A DNA stretch of 64,000 nt from Elusimicrobia bacterium RIFOXYA2_FULL_39_19 (lineage in GTDB: Bacteria; Elusimicrobiota; Endomicrobiia; CG1-02-37-114; XYA2-FULL-39-19). The stretch is taken from NCBI GenBank assembly GCA_001800285.1, contig MGVC01000075.1, positions 19,058-83,057 on the forward strand. The letters are read 5' to 3'. A program made the translations under genes and the position numbers. Below are positions 34,923 through 44,774 of this stretch, piece by piece. The notes under the pieces were generated by a model. The model worked only from the letters and a program-made list of their open reading frames with translations, did no database searches and had not been told where the DNA came from. Positions within the stretch are counted from its first letter, which is position 1. Every line of letters starts with the position of its first letter.

Positions 34923-37109
34923 ATGGATAAGCTTAACAAAATAAAATTTATGAATAAAATAAAAATTGCCGGATTTATTGCAGGTATTGCCTGTTTTTGC
35001 CTGAATCCTGTTATTAATGCTTCTTTTGAAGAAACGGGCACTGGCGCACAGCCGCTTGCTATGGCAGGCTGTTTTACGGCATATACCGGATCTGTGTATT
35101 CTCTTTACTATAATCCTGCAGGATTAGGTTTTATATACAATACTCAGCTGGTTGGTGAGTTTTCCAGCCTTTATCAGGGGCTTGATGATAAAAGTAGTTT
35201 AGGAAAAGGATGTTTTGCTTTTGCGGTGCCGATAACAAAAGATTATTTCGGGTTTGGATTTGCATATGACAGCCTGTCTTTGGCAGAAACCTATTCAGAA
35301 GATATAATAAGGTTTTCAGCTGGTTATAGAATTCTGGATCCTTTAAGTTTTGGTTTTGAACTGAAGCTTATGAGCCAGAAATATATGATAGTGGGAAACC
35401 AGTATTATGCCCAGGATACCCTTTTTACAAAAGGTGTTGGTGCAGGAACTATGGATATGGATTTCGGGTTAGCCTATATGCCGTTCGATTATCTTTCCGT
35501 AGGATTGAAGTTAGGAAACATTTTTCAATCCAGTACCTACCTGGATGAAGAAAACAAATCAAAACTTCCCGGATTGGTACGGTTCGGTGTGAAATACAGT
35601 GAATATAGCTCTAACATGTGCCTGGATTTAGTTAACGAAACTTACAAATTCGGCAGCAGCCTTGAAGGAACTGAATCAAAATCAAACATGTCCGCAAATA
35701 TAGGAATTGAAAAGTTTTTCCTGGAAAGAGCAGCCAACAATTTTTTCCTTGCATTCAGGGGAGGACTTGTATGGGGAATCAATAATCAGTCAAAAAGTGT
35801 TACTGCCGGTTTTGGCGTGAATATTGCGCCTATAGCCATAGATTATGCCTGGGTTTTTCCGATAAGCGGTATCGAAGATATTTCGGGGAGCCATCACTTC
35901 TCTTTTGTCTGTAAATTTGGTAAAATAAAGAGTAATTTAAAGAGGAAAACATCAAGGTTTGAACAAGATGATTTTGAAGAGCCTTTAGCTGCCCGGGAAA
36001 ATTCTTTGCAGAGAGGAAATATGCCTGAGTCTCCGTCAACTTCTTCAAAATATACTTTATCCGGGAAAACATATGTAAAAGGGGCTTACCCTGAAGGTAT
36101 GTTTAGTTCACAGGTACTCTACGGCCCGGTAGCGATGATTCTTGATTCTGAAAGTGGCACCTATAATGTTCCTGCTCCGGCAAGTACCGGCACCGTTCAG
36201 AATTTCTATGTTTATTCTTACCAGTACACCCCTCCTATTACAGCTCAAACCAATCCTTTTTTAAGGGAATATTTTGAAACTGCCAAAGATTCTTCTGTGC
36301 CGGTTTCACTGCCGGTTCAGGAGTATAGTGAAATTGTTTTTTCAACCCAGACAAAAAATGAAAAGGGCGCAGTTTTAGTATCCTCTGTTTCGCCTGCAGA
36401 ATATAACAACGAAAAATCCACAACTCAGGTAAAAGAAATACTCCTTCCGGGATTGCAGGAAAAAATACCGGGAGTTAATTTAGAAAATTCTTCAGAAAAC
36501 CTCCCGGATTCAAAGAAAAAACTGCAGGTTGAAACAGGAGGAGTTCTGCCTTCTGTCCCATTAGTTGTTCCTGTAACTGTGCCTGTTGTTCTTCCTTCGG
36601 GAGTAACATCTGTAGAAGTTCCGGCAACAACACAGAATTTACAGCAGAAAATAAAAGACAGCAGGGAAATAAAGGGTTCTTTGCAAAATCAAAGTGATAA
36701 TGTAAATCAGAAAATAAATGAATCTCAGGTTCAGCTGCTAAGTGTACCTGAAGACGAGATACCGGAAGAAATACGAAGAGAAGTTGAGCAATCTCAGCAG
36801 AATGGAGAATCTATGACAGATACTGCACCTGCTGTTATTGTTCCCGCTGCACCGGCCGGCGGGATTCCTGCGGCGTTATCAACAGAAAACGGGATAAAAC
36901 AAAAAGAAGAAACAGGGCAGGCAACCAAACCAAAAACATCACCAGGAAATTATATGAGATATCATAAAGTAAAGCCGGGAGATACATTGAAATCCCTTGC
37001 ACAGGATTACTACGGCAATAGCGATAGATGGATAGATATATACAAAATAAATGAAGACAAAATTGATAAGGGTTCCCTTAGACCGGGACAGACTATGATA
37101 ATTCCATGA
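34923..37109 (+). CDS. FadL/PorV-like outer-membrane barrel + long low-complexity linker + C-terminal LysM (paired with cargo 2)
   Basis: It starts 6 nt after the cargo stop. Signal peptide KIAGFIAGIACFCLNPVINA. Barrel signature GTGAQPLAMAGCFTAYTGSVYSLYYNPAGLGF, then ~330 aa of beta-strand-type sequence. A ~330-aa P/S/T/Q/V-rich linker follows. The terminal LysM is YHKVKPGDTLKSLAQDYYGNSDRWIDIYKINEDKIDKGSLRPGQTMIIP (~36958-37106). Confidence 0.75.
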   Translation: MDKLNKIKFMNKIKIAGFIAGIACFCLNPVINASFEETGTGAQPLAMAGCFTAYTGSVYSLYYNPAGLGFIYNTQLVGEFSSLYQGLDDKSSLGKGCFAFAVPITKDYFGFGFAYDSLSLAETYSEDIIRFSAGYRILDPLSFGFELKLMSQKYMIVGNQYYAQDTLFTKGVGAGTMDMDFGLAYMPFDYLSVGLKLGNIFQSSTYLDEENKSKLPGLVRFGVKYSEYSSNMCLDLVNETYKFGSSLEGTESKSNMSANIGIEKFFLERAANNFFLAFRGGLVWGINNQSKSVTAGFGVNIAPIAIDYAWVFPISGIEDISGSHHFSFVCKFGKIKSNLKRKTSRFEQDDFEEPLAARENSLQRGNMPESPSTSSKYTLSGKTYVKGAYPEGMFSSQVLYGPVAMILDSESGTYNVPAPASTGTVQNFYVYSYQYTPPITAQTNPFLREYFETAKDSSVPVSLPVQEYSEIVFSTQTKNEKGAVLVSSVSPAEYNNEKSTTQVKEILLPGLQEKIPGVNLENSSENLPDSKKKLQVETGGVLPSVPLVVPVTVPVVLPSGVTSVEVPATTQNLQQKIKDSREIKGSLQNQSDNVNQKINESQVQLLSVPEDEIPEEIRREVEQSQQNGESMTDTAPAVIVPAAPAGGIPAALSTENGIKQKEETGQATKPKTSPGNYMRYHKVKPGDTLKSLAQDYYGNSDRWIDIYKINEDKIDKGSLRPGQTMIIP

Positions 37110-37140
37110 AAATAAAATATTATTAGGCCGGGAGGTAAGA

Positions 37141-38388
37141 ATGAGTGAATTTAATGAACTGGAAGAAGAACTTCAAAAAATTGAAAACGAATTCAGTACC
37201 GATGAAACGGACGAGATTTTACGCCACATAGTCAGCCCGTCTGCCGCTGATTACTGGAAAAAACGCCTGGATGATGAAAAGGTTCTCTGGACAAAAATGA
37301 CTGAGGACAAGGAAAAAGACAAAAAAATCACTGAAACCAGGTTGTCTAAGGCTAATTCAGAGATTGAAGCTTTAACAAAAAAAATTCATGAACTGGAATC
37401 TGTCCTTCAAAAGGAAGTTGCTCTTTTTCAGGATAAATTGAAATCCCAGGAAAGCGATTTTCATCTTGAACGCGAAAGGTCCTCTTATGGCCAGAAAATA
37501 AAGGAACTGGAAAAAGAAAACAACGTGCTGCACGAAGAATTGAGGCAGTTAAAAGAAAATGAGGCAGTAAAAATTGATGCCATAAAGAAAACTCATGACG
37601 AAGAAGTTCTTGAGCTGGCCGATTCACAAAATTCAATAATTGAGAGCATAGAAGCTATAGCCGGCGATATAAAAGAAATTGAAGGGATTATTCAGAAGCA
37701 GTCTGAAGAAATTGCCGGACAAAAAGATTCCGTGACAAAAACCTTAGGTGAAAAAAACCTTAAAGAAGCAGAGCTGGCAAAGCTGAAAGCAGAGTATGAA
37801 AACAAAGTTTCCGAATTAAACCTGAGAGAAACTGACTTAAAGGAGTATTTCAGGATAACAGTAAAATATTTTTCAGGAAAAATCAAACCCTCCTTGGGTA
37901 CCATTCTGGGCATAGCAAACTATTGCACCAGAAGGCTTAAGGCAAGTTTTATCGGGAAAAATGCAGTTTTAAAAAAACAGATAAATCTGCTGGAAGGTGT
38001 AGTTGCTGATGTTTCCGTGCAGCTTGATAAGCTTGTTTCTCTTTCCGGGCAGGAAGAGATGAGCCTGCAGGAAATATCCCCTGAAAAATTCATAGCAAGA
38101 ATAAGCGAAGATGTTGATGTGTCTATGTTCCCTGCGGGTTTGAAAATGAAAGCTGACCAGCTTAGAATAATAAGCGCCCTGAAAAAACACTGTGAAAATG
38201 CGTCTTATTTTGTGAAATACAACCAGGCAAACAAGGAAATTGAGTTTAAAATACTTACGCCTGATAAACTGGAAAACACCGAAGATTTGGTAAGGCTAAA
38301 ATACCTTATTTATTCTCATGGATGGAAAGCGGTGTTCGGTAAGACAGATAATAAAACATTCATTATGTTGTACATAAAGGTATATTAA
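37141..38388 (+). CDS. Coiled-coil protein with degenerate histidine-kinase-like C-terminal half (module 1)
   Basis: RBS GGGAGG upstream. N-terminal ~240 aa are coiled coil. The C-terminal ~170 aa are colinear with the HK-like paralog at 46248-47363 (dimerisation-helix-like ILGIANYCTRRLK...QINLLEGVVADVSVQLDKL, then an alpha/beta part). It lacks a His at the H-box position and lacks recognisable G1/G2 ATP-lid motifs. Confidence 0.6.
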   Translation: MSEFNELEEELQKIENEFSTDETDEILRHIVSPSAADYWKKRLDDEKVLWTKMTEDKEKDKKITETRLSKANSEIEALTKKIHELESVLQKEVALFQDKLKSQESDFHLERERSSYGQKIKELEKENNVLHEELRQLKENEAVKIDAIKKTHDEEVLELADSQNSIIESIEAIAGDIKEIEGIIQKQSEEIAGQKDSVTKTLGEKNLKEAELAKLKAEYENKVSELNLRETDLKEYFRITVKYFSGKIKPSLGTILGIANYCTRRLKASFIGKNAVLKKQINLLEGVVADVSVQLDKLVSLSGQEEMSLQEISPEKFIARISEDVDVSMFPAGLKMKADQLRIISALKKHCENASYFVKYNQANKEIEFKILTPDKLENTEDLVRLKYLIYSHGWKAVFGKTDNKTFIMLYIKVY

Positions 38389-38394
38389 GCAGTA

Positions 38395-39591
38395 ATGGAG
38401 GCAGTAAGCATGAACATGATGTTTTTACTTGACGATAAAAATTATTCAAAACATATTGAGGAAATAATTTCGGGCCTTGAAGACAGCCAGGTAAAGAAAT
38501 TCTTAAAGGCGCGCGATATGTTGAAGGATATGGTTTTATCAAAACCCCAGCTGATATTTATAAATTCAAAAAATGCAGCAACTGCAGAGGTCAGAAAAAT
38601 CATGGCTGACTTCTCATTTGTTCCCTTTATTTCTTACGGAGATTTTGGAAAAAATATAAAATCAAACAAAGCAAATATCCGCTATTTGCAGAATAACGGT
38701 TACAGCCTTTGCCTGCCTGCAGCCGACATAGTAAACAAAGAATCAGCCCAGGCACAGATAAAAAATTTATTATGGCAAAGCCTGGCCAAAAGTGAATTGT
38801 GGGAGAAACAGCTGGATATTTCCAAGGTAGAAAGAACCGGCAGGTTTTACCGCGCAGTTTTAACTGTTGTTATGACTCTTGCCATATTGTCAATTTCCGG
38901 CATTGCGACAAAAGACAGGTTCCCGCTTACCCGTTATGTTTCTCCTGTAATATTTACAATACCATACCTGAATATTTCCGGTATCTCTCTTTCAAAAAAC
39001 ACTTTATGGACTTCAGATTGGCAGACCCAAAACATATACAAGCATAAATTAAACAGCGAGTTAAGTATTGAACGCGTCTATTCCTTCCCGGGAATAAGGA
39101 TTTCAGGACTGGTGGTGGCAGATGGTTCTTTGTGGACCCTGGATTCATGGAATAAAGTCATAAGAAAACACAACCTGGATAAAAGACTTTCTGTAAGCGA
39201 TCAGATTGTAACTCCCGGCTCAAATCCTACCGGCATTGCCTATAACGGCAAATACATAATAACCATAGATAATGCGACGGATAAATTATATATTCACAAA
39301 ATTGACGAAAAACTTACTGTATTAAAAGAATATAAACTTCCCCAGTCAAACCCCATAGGACTACATGCTGATGAAAAATATATATGGATAGCTGATGCAG
39401 GGGCAAATAAAATATTCTGCTGTACCATAGATGATTTTGATTTGAAAGTTAAAAATGTATTCATTCCTCCGGATTATGAAGGATATAAATTTTCCAGCAT
39501 TTCCGGAGATGAGGATTACCTCTGGCTGGCATCAGAGAAGGAATCAAAAATATTCAAATATCCTAAAGAAATGCTGGAGCCGGTGGAGTAA
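38395..39591 (+). CDS. Bitopic membrane protein: cytoplasmic receiver-like (pseudo-receiver) domain - TM - periplasmic beta-propeller (module 1)
   Basis: The N-terminal ~125 aa follow a CheY-like beta/alpha layout (MMFLLDD...QLIFINSKN...VPFISYGD...GYSLCLP), but with N where the phospho-Asp is expected. One TM segment (FYRAVLTVVMTLAILSISGIA). About 5 blade-like repeats follow: G(I/L)...(D/N)G..LW..D.....I.KH (LWTSDWQTQNIYKHK, LWTLDSWNKVIRKHN, IITIDNATDKLYIHK, IWIADAGANKIFCCT, LWLASEKESKIFKYP). Confidence 0.6.
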   Translation: MEAVSMNMMFLLDDKNYSKHIEEIISGLEDSQVKKFLKARDMLKDMVLSKPQLIFINSKNAATAEVRKIMADFSFVPFISYGDFGKNIKSNKANIRYLQNNGYSLCLPAADIVNKESAQAQIKNLLWQSLAKSELWEKQLDISKVERTGRFYRAVLTVVMTLAILSISGIATKDRFPLTRYVSPVIFTIPYLNISGISLSKNTLWTSDWQTQNIYKHKLNSELSIERVYSFPGIRISGLVVADGSLWTLDSWNKVIRKHNLDKRLSVSDQIVTPGSNPTGIAYNGKYIITIDNATDKLYIHKIDEKLTVLKEYKLPQSNPIGLHADEKYIWIADAGANKIFCCTIDDFDLKVKNVFIPPDYEGYKFSSISGDEDYLWLASEKESKIFKYPKEMLEPVE

Positions 39592-39596
39592 AGGCC

Positions 39597-39661
39597 GTGA
39601 AGAGTAAATAGTGAATAGTGAAGAGTAAATAGTGAAGAGTAAAGAGTAAATAGTAAAGAGT
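39597..39661. repeat. Intergenic degenerate tandem repeat (GTGAAGAGTAAATA-type 7/14-mers)
   Basis: gtgaagagtaaata gtgaata gtgaagagtaaata gtgaagagtaaa gagtaaata gtaaagagt. It occupies most of the 88-bp gap between module 1 and the cargo-3 gene, ending ~18 nt before its ATG. Confidence 0.85.
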
Positions 39662-39679
39662 CTGTTAAAAAGCAAAATA

Positions 39680-42600
39680 ATGAATAAAATATTTAAGAAA
39701 CTATTTTGGATTATTATAATTGCCGCTTTTAGGGCAAGCGTTTTTGCTGATACGGCTGTGCCACCTGCGGCCATTTCAAACTTAACAGCACTGCCCCACG
39801 ATACTCAGGAGGGCGCTGTTACCTTAAAGTGGACTGCCCCGGGAGAAGATGATTTAACCGGCACCGTAGAAAATTATTCATTAAAATTTGCCACATACCA
39901 GATATTAAGCGTTCAATTTGATGGTACCCCAGACTATTTTCACGGATGGTCAGCTTTTGCTGCAGGTAACTCACAAGAAGAGCAGGTTGTAACCGGGCTT
40001 ACTCCAGGCGTTACATACTATTTTGCTGTAAAAGGTTGTGATTCTCTTAGCAATTATGGTATATGGAATTCAATCATTGATGTAGCAGAAGCAAATACGC
40101 TTAACAGTACATTTGCGCAAATACTCCCGCCGGGGCCTATTACAGACCTTTATGCGGACATTACCGGGTTTGATGAAGGCAAAGTAAATCTTTCCTGGTC
40201 AGCTCCCGGAGATGACGGTTACTTAAACACTTTGGGTTCAGGTTCAGATTTTTTAATTCAGAGTTCCACAAACCCTGACGAAGCCTGGGCCCCTCTAAGC
40301 GCCCAGCTGACAGTTTCCACATCTTCAATAATTCCCGGTAATAAACAATTAAAAACCATAGCAACCCTCATTCCCGGGACAACCTATTACTTCAGAGTTT
40401 GGACCAAAGATGAAAATCCGGACTGTTTTTCACCGCTGTCAAATCAGGCTACTGCCTGGATTCAGACAGACATATCACCGCCAACGGCCATAACCAGAAT
40501 TGATACCTTTGATAACGGGTTTAAACATGTTAAGCTGAGGTGGATTGCTCCCTGCGAAGACAATAACTCCGTACCCTACAATACCGGTATATCAACCATT
40601 TCCTACGAAATCAAATACGCTACATTTCAGATAACTTCCGAAGTGCTTTATAACAGTGCTACGGTATTTTTAGTTATAAGCAGTTCCATAACACAGCCGG
40701 GCAACTTTGAAACTTTTACCGTTACAGGTTTAACTAACGGGGTTACCTACTATTTTTCAATTAAATCTGCTGATGAAACCGGCGCCTGGTCAGTCATAAG
40801 TTCCAGTTCTCCAAAATCACTGGTTTTTAATTCTTTGCCTAACCCGGCATCTTTAGATATTACTAATCTTCAAAGATATATCAGCGTAAGCAGCCATACA
40901 ATCAGGTGGTCCGGTGCAGACGCAGGAGGAAACTTAGGAAACTATGATTCTTCATTTGGTGATTCCATATCGTCTTATACCGTATATTTTTCAACTTATT
41001 ACACCTCACAAACTACTATAGGAAGGAGCACCGTTACATTTAATGGAATTATAAACATATCTACGGTAACTTCCAGACTAAGTGAAAATGCAACTTACTG
41101 GATGGTGGTTTATACGTATGATACAGAAAGTGGTTGTGGTTTTAGTACCTTAAACAGTGCTTGGCACTGGCTGACGGTAAACACAGTTAATGACGCCCCT
41201 AATAATTTTAACCTGTATGCTTCCTCAGGCATCGCAAATTTTAAAGATTATTCCCCATATAATGAAAAATTAAGGTTTCGTTGGAATGCTACAACTGACC
41301 CGGACGGCCCGGCAGATTTCGTAGCAGAATACAGGTTGTACTATTCCATAAGCCAGAATTTTGAAACTAACATAACTACCGGTATAACGGGTATTACGGC
41401 TTCTTCGTATACCATTACCCATTCTTTACAGGACAATACCACGTATTATTGGTTTGTAGTAGCCAGAGATTCCGGCAATCCGTTTAATTATGCGGTAAAA
41501 TCCACCAGTTCATCTGTATGGAGCGTAATAGTAAACTGTGTAAATAGCGTACCGGGCAATTTTTTACTGCTTACACCGGCATCTTCAACAGTAGTTAATA
41601 ATACAAGAACGCCTCTTTTTACCTGGAATGCATCAATAGATCCGGATCCGGGCGACAGTATCTATGAATACAAATTGTTTTATTCTTCCTGGACACAGAA
41701 TTTCAGTTCAACCCAGACTTTAGCGGGCCAGTCTGAGCTGTCCTGTGGCGTGGAAACCTCTACCAGAACACCTGTTTTGGTAGAAAATGCAACTTACTAT
41801 TGGTGCGTGGCAGCTTATGATAATGCCCAAACCTTAAGCCAGCTGTATTCGGCTCCACCATACTTTATCCAAGAATCAACAAAAAGCATCACAAGATATT
41901 TTGTGATTAATTCAGAAAATGAACCACCAAATGCATTTTCTTTATACAGCCCCATAGGCAGTACAAATCCTGCGGTTACCTCAGAGATGGTTTTTGACTG
42001 GGCAGACACTATTGACCCGGACCCTTTTGACCAAGTGCATCACTATGCTTTATATTTTTCACAGGACCCGAATTTCAGCGTAGCGCTAACCACCTGGACG
42101 CCATTTCTTTACAACAGTTCTGTAACTGTAAATTATCCTTTCAGCCCCGGGGTTAATTATTATTGGAACGTGGGTGCTTATGATGCAGCGGGAAATTGCA
42201 GGGTTTCTGCTTCAACCGGAGTATTTATAATTGCACAGAATGCCCCACAAAGTTTTACAATCATTACTCCTACAGGCTCGGTGAGAAATTTGCTGCCGAG
42301 GTTTGACTGGAATAATGCAGTAGAAACAGACCCTTACGACGATATTTCCTATTATAGACTTTATTATTCAACCAGCCTTAATTTTGAATCAGGTATTACT
42401 ACCTGGACCGGAAATATTCCTGTCAGTTCCTATACTTTTACAGCTCTTAATACTTTAACTCTAAGAACCACCTACTATTGGAATGTCAGGGCCTATGATT
42501 CTACAGGTTTGTTCAGCGTTTCAAACACCACAGGAGTATTTTTTACTTCCAACAGAGCCCCCGGTGATTTTGACCTTATTTATGCAACTGGTAATTCTGT

Positions 42601-44773
42601 AATTACATCAAACAGGCCTGTTCTTACCTGGCAGCCAAGCGTGGATATTGACAACGAAATAATAGTTTATACTTTGAGTTATTCCACATTTTCAAATTTT
42701 TCTTCGTCAAATGTTTTTACAATTACTAATTTAAACTCTTATACAGTTGCTTCTAATTTATCTGAAAATACAACTTACTACTGGAAGGTGGTTTCAAGAG
42801 ATGTTTTTGAATCAAAGCATTCGCTTTCAACCGGGGTATTTATTGTAAATGCTGTTGCGGAACAACCCACAGCTTTTGAGCTGACCGCATCTTCGGGAAT
42901 ATTAAATATTTCAACTCCTACTTTTTCCTGGACCCAGAGTTATGAAAATGATCCCGGAGATTATATAGCTTATTACACGCTTTATTATTCAAGCAGCAAT
43001 TTTCTTGTGACGCAGGCAACAACAGGTCTGAAAACCGCATCTTTCATTCCTTCGCAGGCATTACAGGAAAATATAACTTATAAGTGGTTTGTAACAGCAA
43101 CAGATTCTAACGGCCTTACAACAGCTTCCAATAGTACCTGGACTATTACTATAAATGCTGTTGATGAATATCCGGATTCGTTCAATCTGGTGTCTTCTAC
43201 GGGCTGGGTATCTTCAAGAAGGCCGTCTTTTGTATGGAACCGGGCAGACAAAACAGAGTGGTGGGATACTACGGTTTATAAACTTGAGTGCGGAAATCTG
43301 GCAAACCAGCTGGATTTGATTACGCGTACAGGCATAACTATCACTACTTATACAATTGATGTGGATTTACAGGAAAATGCAACTTACTGGTGGAGAATTA
43401 TAGCTACAGATTCAGCAAACCATTCTACAACATCAAATCAGATATTCTATATTTTTGTCAGTTCAGTAAACGATGCCCCGGGTAATTTTGGACTTACCGA
43501 GCCCGCGGACGGTTCAGTAATTAATACCAGAACTCCTGTTTTTTTGTGGGAAAAACCGACAGACCCCGACGAACCCAAGGGTGACCGCATAGCTTATTAC
43601 AATATTTATTATGCCACTACCCCTGTTTTTACAACGCAGAATATTATTATCAATCTTACAACCAACACCTTTACCTTGCCGGAAGTTTCCAGATTGCTTC
43701 AAAATACAACTTTTTACTGGAAAGTAGCTGCCTATGATATGCAGGGAAGCAGTACTGTGTCTCCCTTTTATAGTTTTTTTGTCGCAAATTTAAAAATACT
43801 TAAAACTCCGGAGTATTTCACAAGCACTGTTCTTAATGAAGACGGCCTTAGTTTGGTCTTGGCCTGGCCGGCAATGACACAGTATACCGACGATAGCATT
43901 GCCGATGATCTGGCGGGATACAATGTCTATCGTTCAATTAATCCGTTAGAAGGTTATGTTTTATTTGCATTTACTAAAGATAATTATTATATGGATACAA
44001 CGGTTAATAACTCGGTTTATTATTACTTTATACGATCAGTCAGTGTGACGGGTATAGAAGGTTCTGATTCGCCTATAGTATCTTCAGAAGCACAGAATAA
44101 AACCATATCTACCACAGAAAATAAGGATGCTTATCTGGAACTTTCTAACAGTATGATGAATACAATGAAAAGCAGAAACACTCTGCCTACAATTACAAAA
44201 ACTAATAATATTTATGAAATTAAAGTTACAAGAACCGACACCGGAGAGACAATAGAAAATTATAAATTCACCGAAACTATAACACTGAATTTTGTCATTA
44301 CTGCTGACGCTTCTTCACGCAAGACAGTCCAAAGCTATAACAGTAAATATGCAATTTATTGGCATAACGGAATTGAATATATAAATATTGGCGGCGAAAC
44401 AGATGATGCAGGCACTAAGATCTATGTAAATGCCATTTATTCAGGAAAATATAAATTGATGAGTATTATAGATTCGGATTTTTCCTACAGTGTTGAGCCC
44501 AGAAAAATAATAACGCCGAACTCAAGGGGTTCAGCTGTAACAGAAACCTTTAAAATAAGGTACGTAAATAATACCGGAGAACAGGTCTCCGCAGAAATAT
44601 TTGATTTAACAGGAGCTTTTGTGGCAAGGATGCACCAGCATGATAATCAGGGTGAATATCTTGAATGGGACGGCAGGCAGGCAACCGGCGAATATTCAAA
44701 AAAAGGCGTATACTTATACCAAATAAAAGCCGGTTCAAGGCTTTATTCTGGAACTGTAATTATTGCAAGATAA
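39680..44773 (+). CDS. Secreted FN3-array surface protein (1,697 aa) with C-terminal sorting-type domain (cargo 3)
   Basis: Signal peptide MNKIFKKLFWIIIIAAFRASVFA. Three N-terminal FN3 domains (VTLKWTAPGEDD...VTYYFAVKGCD; VNLSWSAPGDDG...TTYYFRVWTKD; VKLRWIAPCEDN...VTYYFSIKSAD). About 9 units of the same 'F.W....DPDPGD..Y.L.YS....F...(A/T)TYYW.V.A.D' type as cargo 2. A late FN3 (YNVYRS...VYYYFIRSVS). The CTD at ~44490-44770 is IITPNSRGSAVTETFKIRYVNNTGEQVSAEIFDLTGAFVARM...YLEWDGRQATGEYSKKGVYLYQIKAGSRLYSGTVIIAR. Confidence 0.8.
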   Translation: MNKIFKKLFWIIIIAAFRASVFADTAVPPAAISNLTALPHDTQEGAVTLKWTAPGEDDLTGTVENYSLKFATYQILSVQFDGTPDYFHGWSAFAAGNSQEEQVVTGLTPGVTYYFAVKGCDSLSNYGIWNSIIDVAEANTLNSTFAQILPPGPITDLYADITGFDEGKVNLSWSAPGDDGYLNTLGSGSDFLIQSSTNPDEAWAPLSAQLTVSTSSIIPGNKQLKTIATLIPGTTYYFRVWTKDENPDCFSPLSNQATAWIQTDISPPTAITRIDTFDNGFKHVKLRWIAPCEDNNSVPYNTGISTISYEIKYATFQITSEVLYNSATVFLVISSSITQPGNFETFTVTGLTNGVTYYFSIKSADETGAWSVISSSSPKSLVFNSLPNPASLDITNLQRYISVSSHTIRWSGADAGGNLGNYDSSFGDSISSYTVYFSTYYTSQTTIGRSTVTFNGIINISTVTSRLSENATYWMVVYTYDTESGCGFSTLNSAWHWLTVNTVNDAPNNFNLYASSGIANFKDYSPYNEKLRFRWNATTDPDGPADFVAEYRLYYSISQNFETNITTGITGITASSYTITHSLQDNTTYYWFVVARDSGNPFNYAVKSTSSSVWSVIVNCVNSVPGNFLLLTPASSTVVNNTRTPLFTWNASIDPDPGDSIYEYKLFYSSWTQNFSSTQTLAGQSELSCGVETSTRTPVLVENATYYWCVAAYDNAQTLSQLYSAPPYFIQESTKSITRYFVINSENEPPNAFSLYSPIGSTNPAVTSEMVFDWADTIDPDPFDQVHHYALYFSQDPNFSVALTTWTPFLYNSSVTVNYPFSPGVNYYWNVGAYDAAGNCRVSASTGVFIIAQNAPQSFTIITPTGSVRNLLPRFDWNNAVETDPYDDISYYRLYYSTSLNFESGITTWTGNIPVSSYTFTALNTLTLRTTYYWNVRAYDSTGLFSVSNTTGVFFTSNRAPGDFDLIYATGNSVITSNRPVLTWQPSVDIDNEIIVYTLSYSTFSNFSSSNVFTITNLNSYTVASNLSENTTYYWKVVSRDVFESKHSLSTGVFIVNAVAEQPTAFELTASSGILNISTPTFSWTQSYENDPGDYIAYYTLYYSSSNFLVTQATTGLKTASFIPSQALQENITYKWFVTATDSNGLTTASNSTWTITINAVDEYPDSFNLVSSTGWVSSRRPSFVWNRADKTEWWDTTVYKLECGNLANQLDLITRTGITITTYTIDVDLQENATYWWRIIATDSANHSTTSNQIFYIFVSSVNDAPGNFGLTEPADGSVINTRTPVFLWEKPTDPDEPKGDRIAYYNIYYATTPVFTTQNIIINLTTNTFTLPEVSRLLQNTTFYWKVAAYDMQGSSTVSPFYSFFVANLKILKTPEYFTSTVLNEDGLSLVLAWPAMTQYTDDSIADDLAGYNVYRSINPLEGYVLFAFTKDNYYMDTTVNNSVYYYFIRSVSVTGIEGSDSPIVSSEAQNKTISTTENKDAYLELSNSMMNTMKSRNTLPTITKTNNIYEIKVTRTDTGETIENYKFTETITLNFVITADASSRKTVQSYNSKYAIYWHNGIEYINIGGETDDAGTKIYVNAIYSGKYKLMSIIDSDFSYSVEPRKIITPNSRGSAVTETFKIRYVNNTGEQVSAEIFDLTGAFVARMHQHDNQGEYLEWDGRQATGEYSKKGVYLYQIKAGSRLYSGTVIIAR

Positions 44774-44774
44774 T

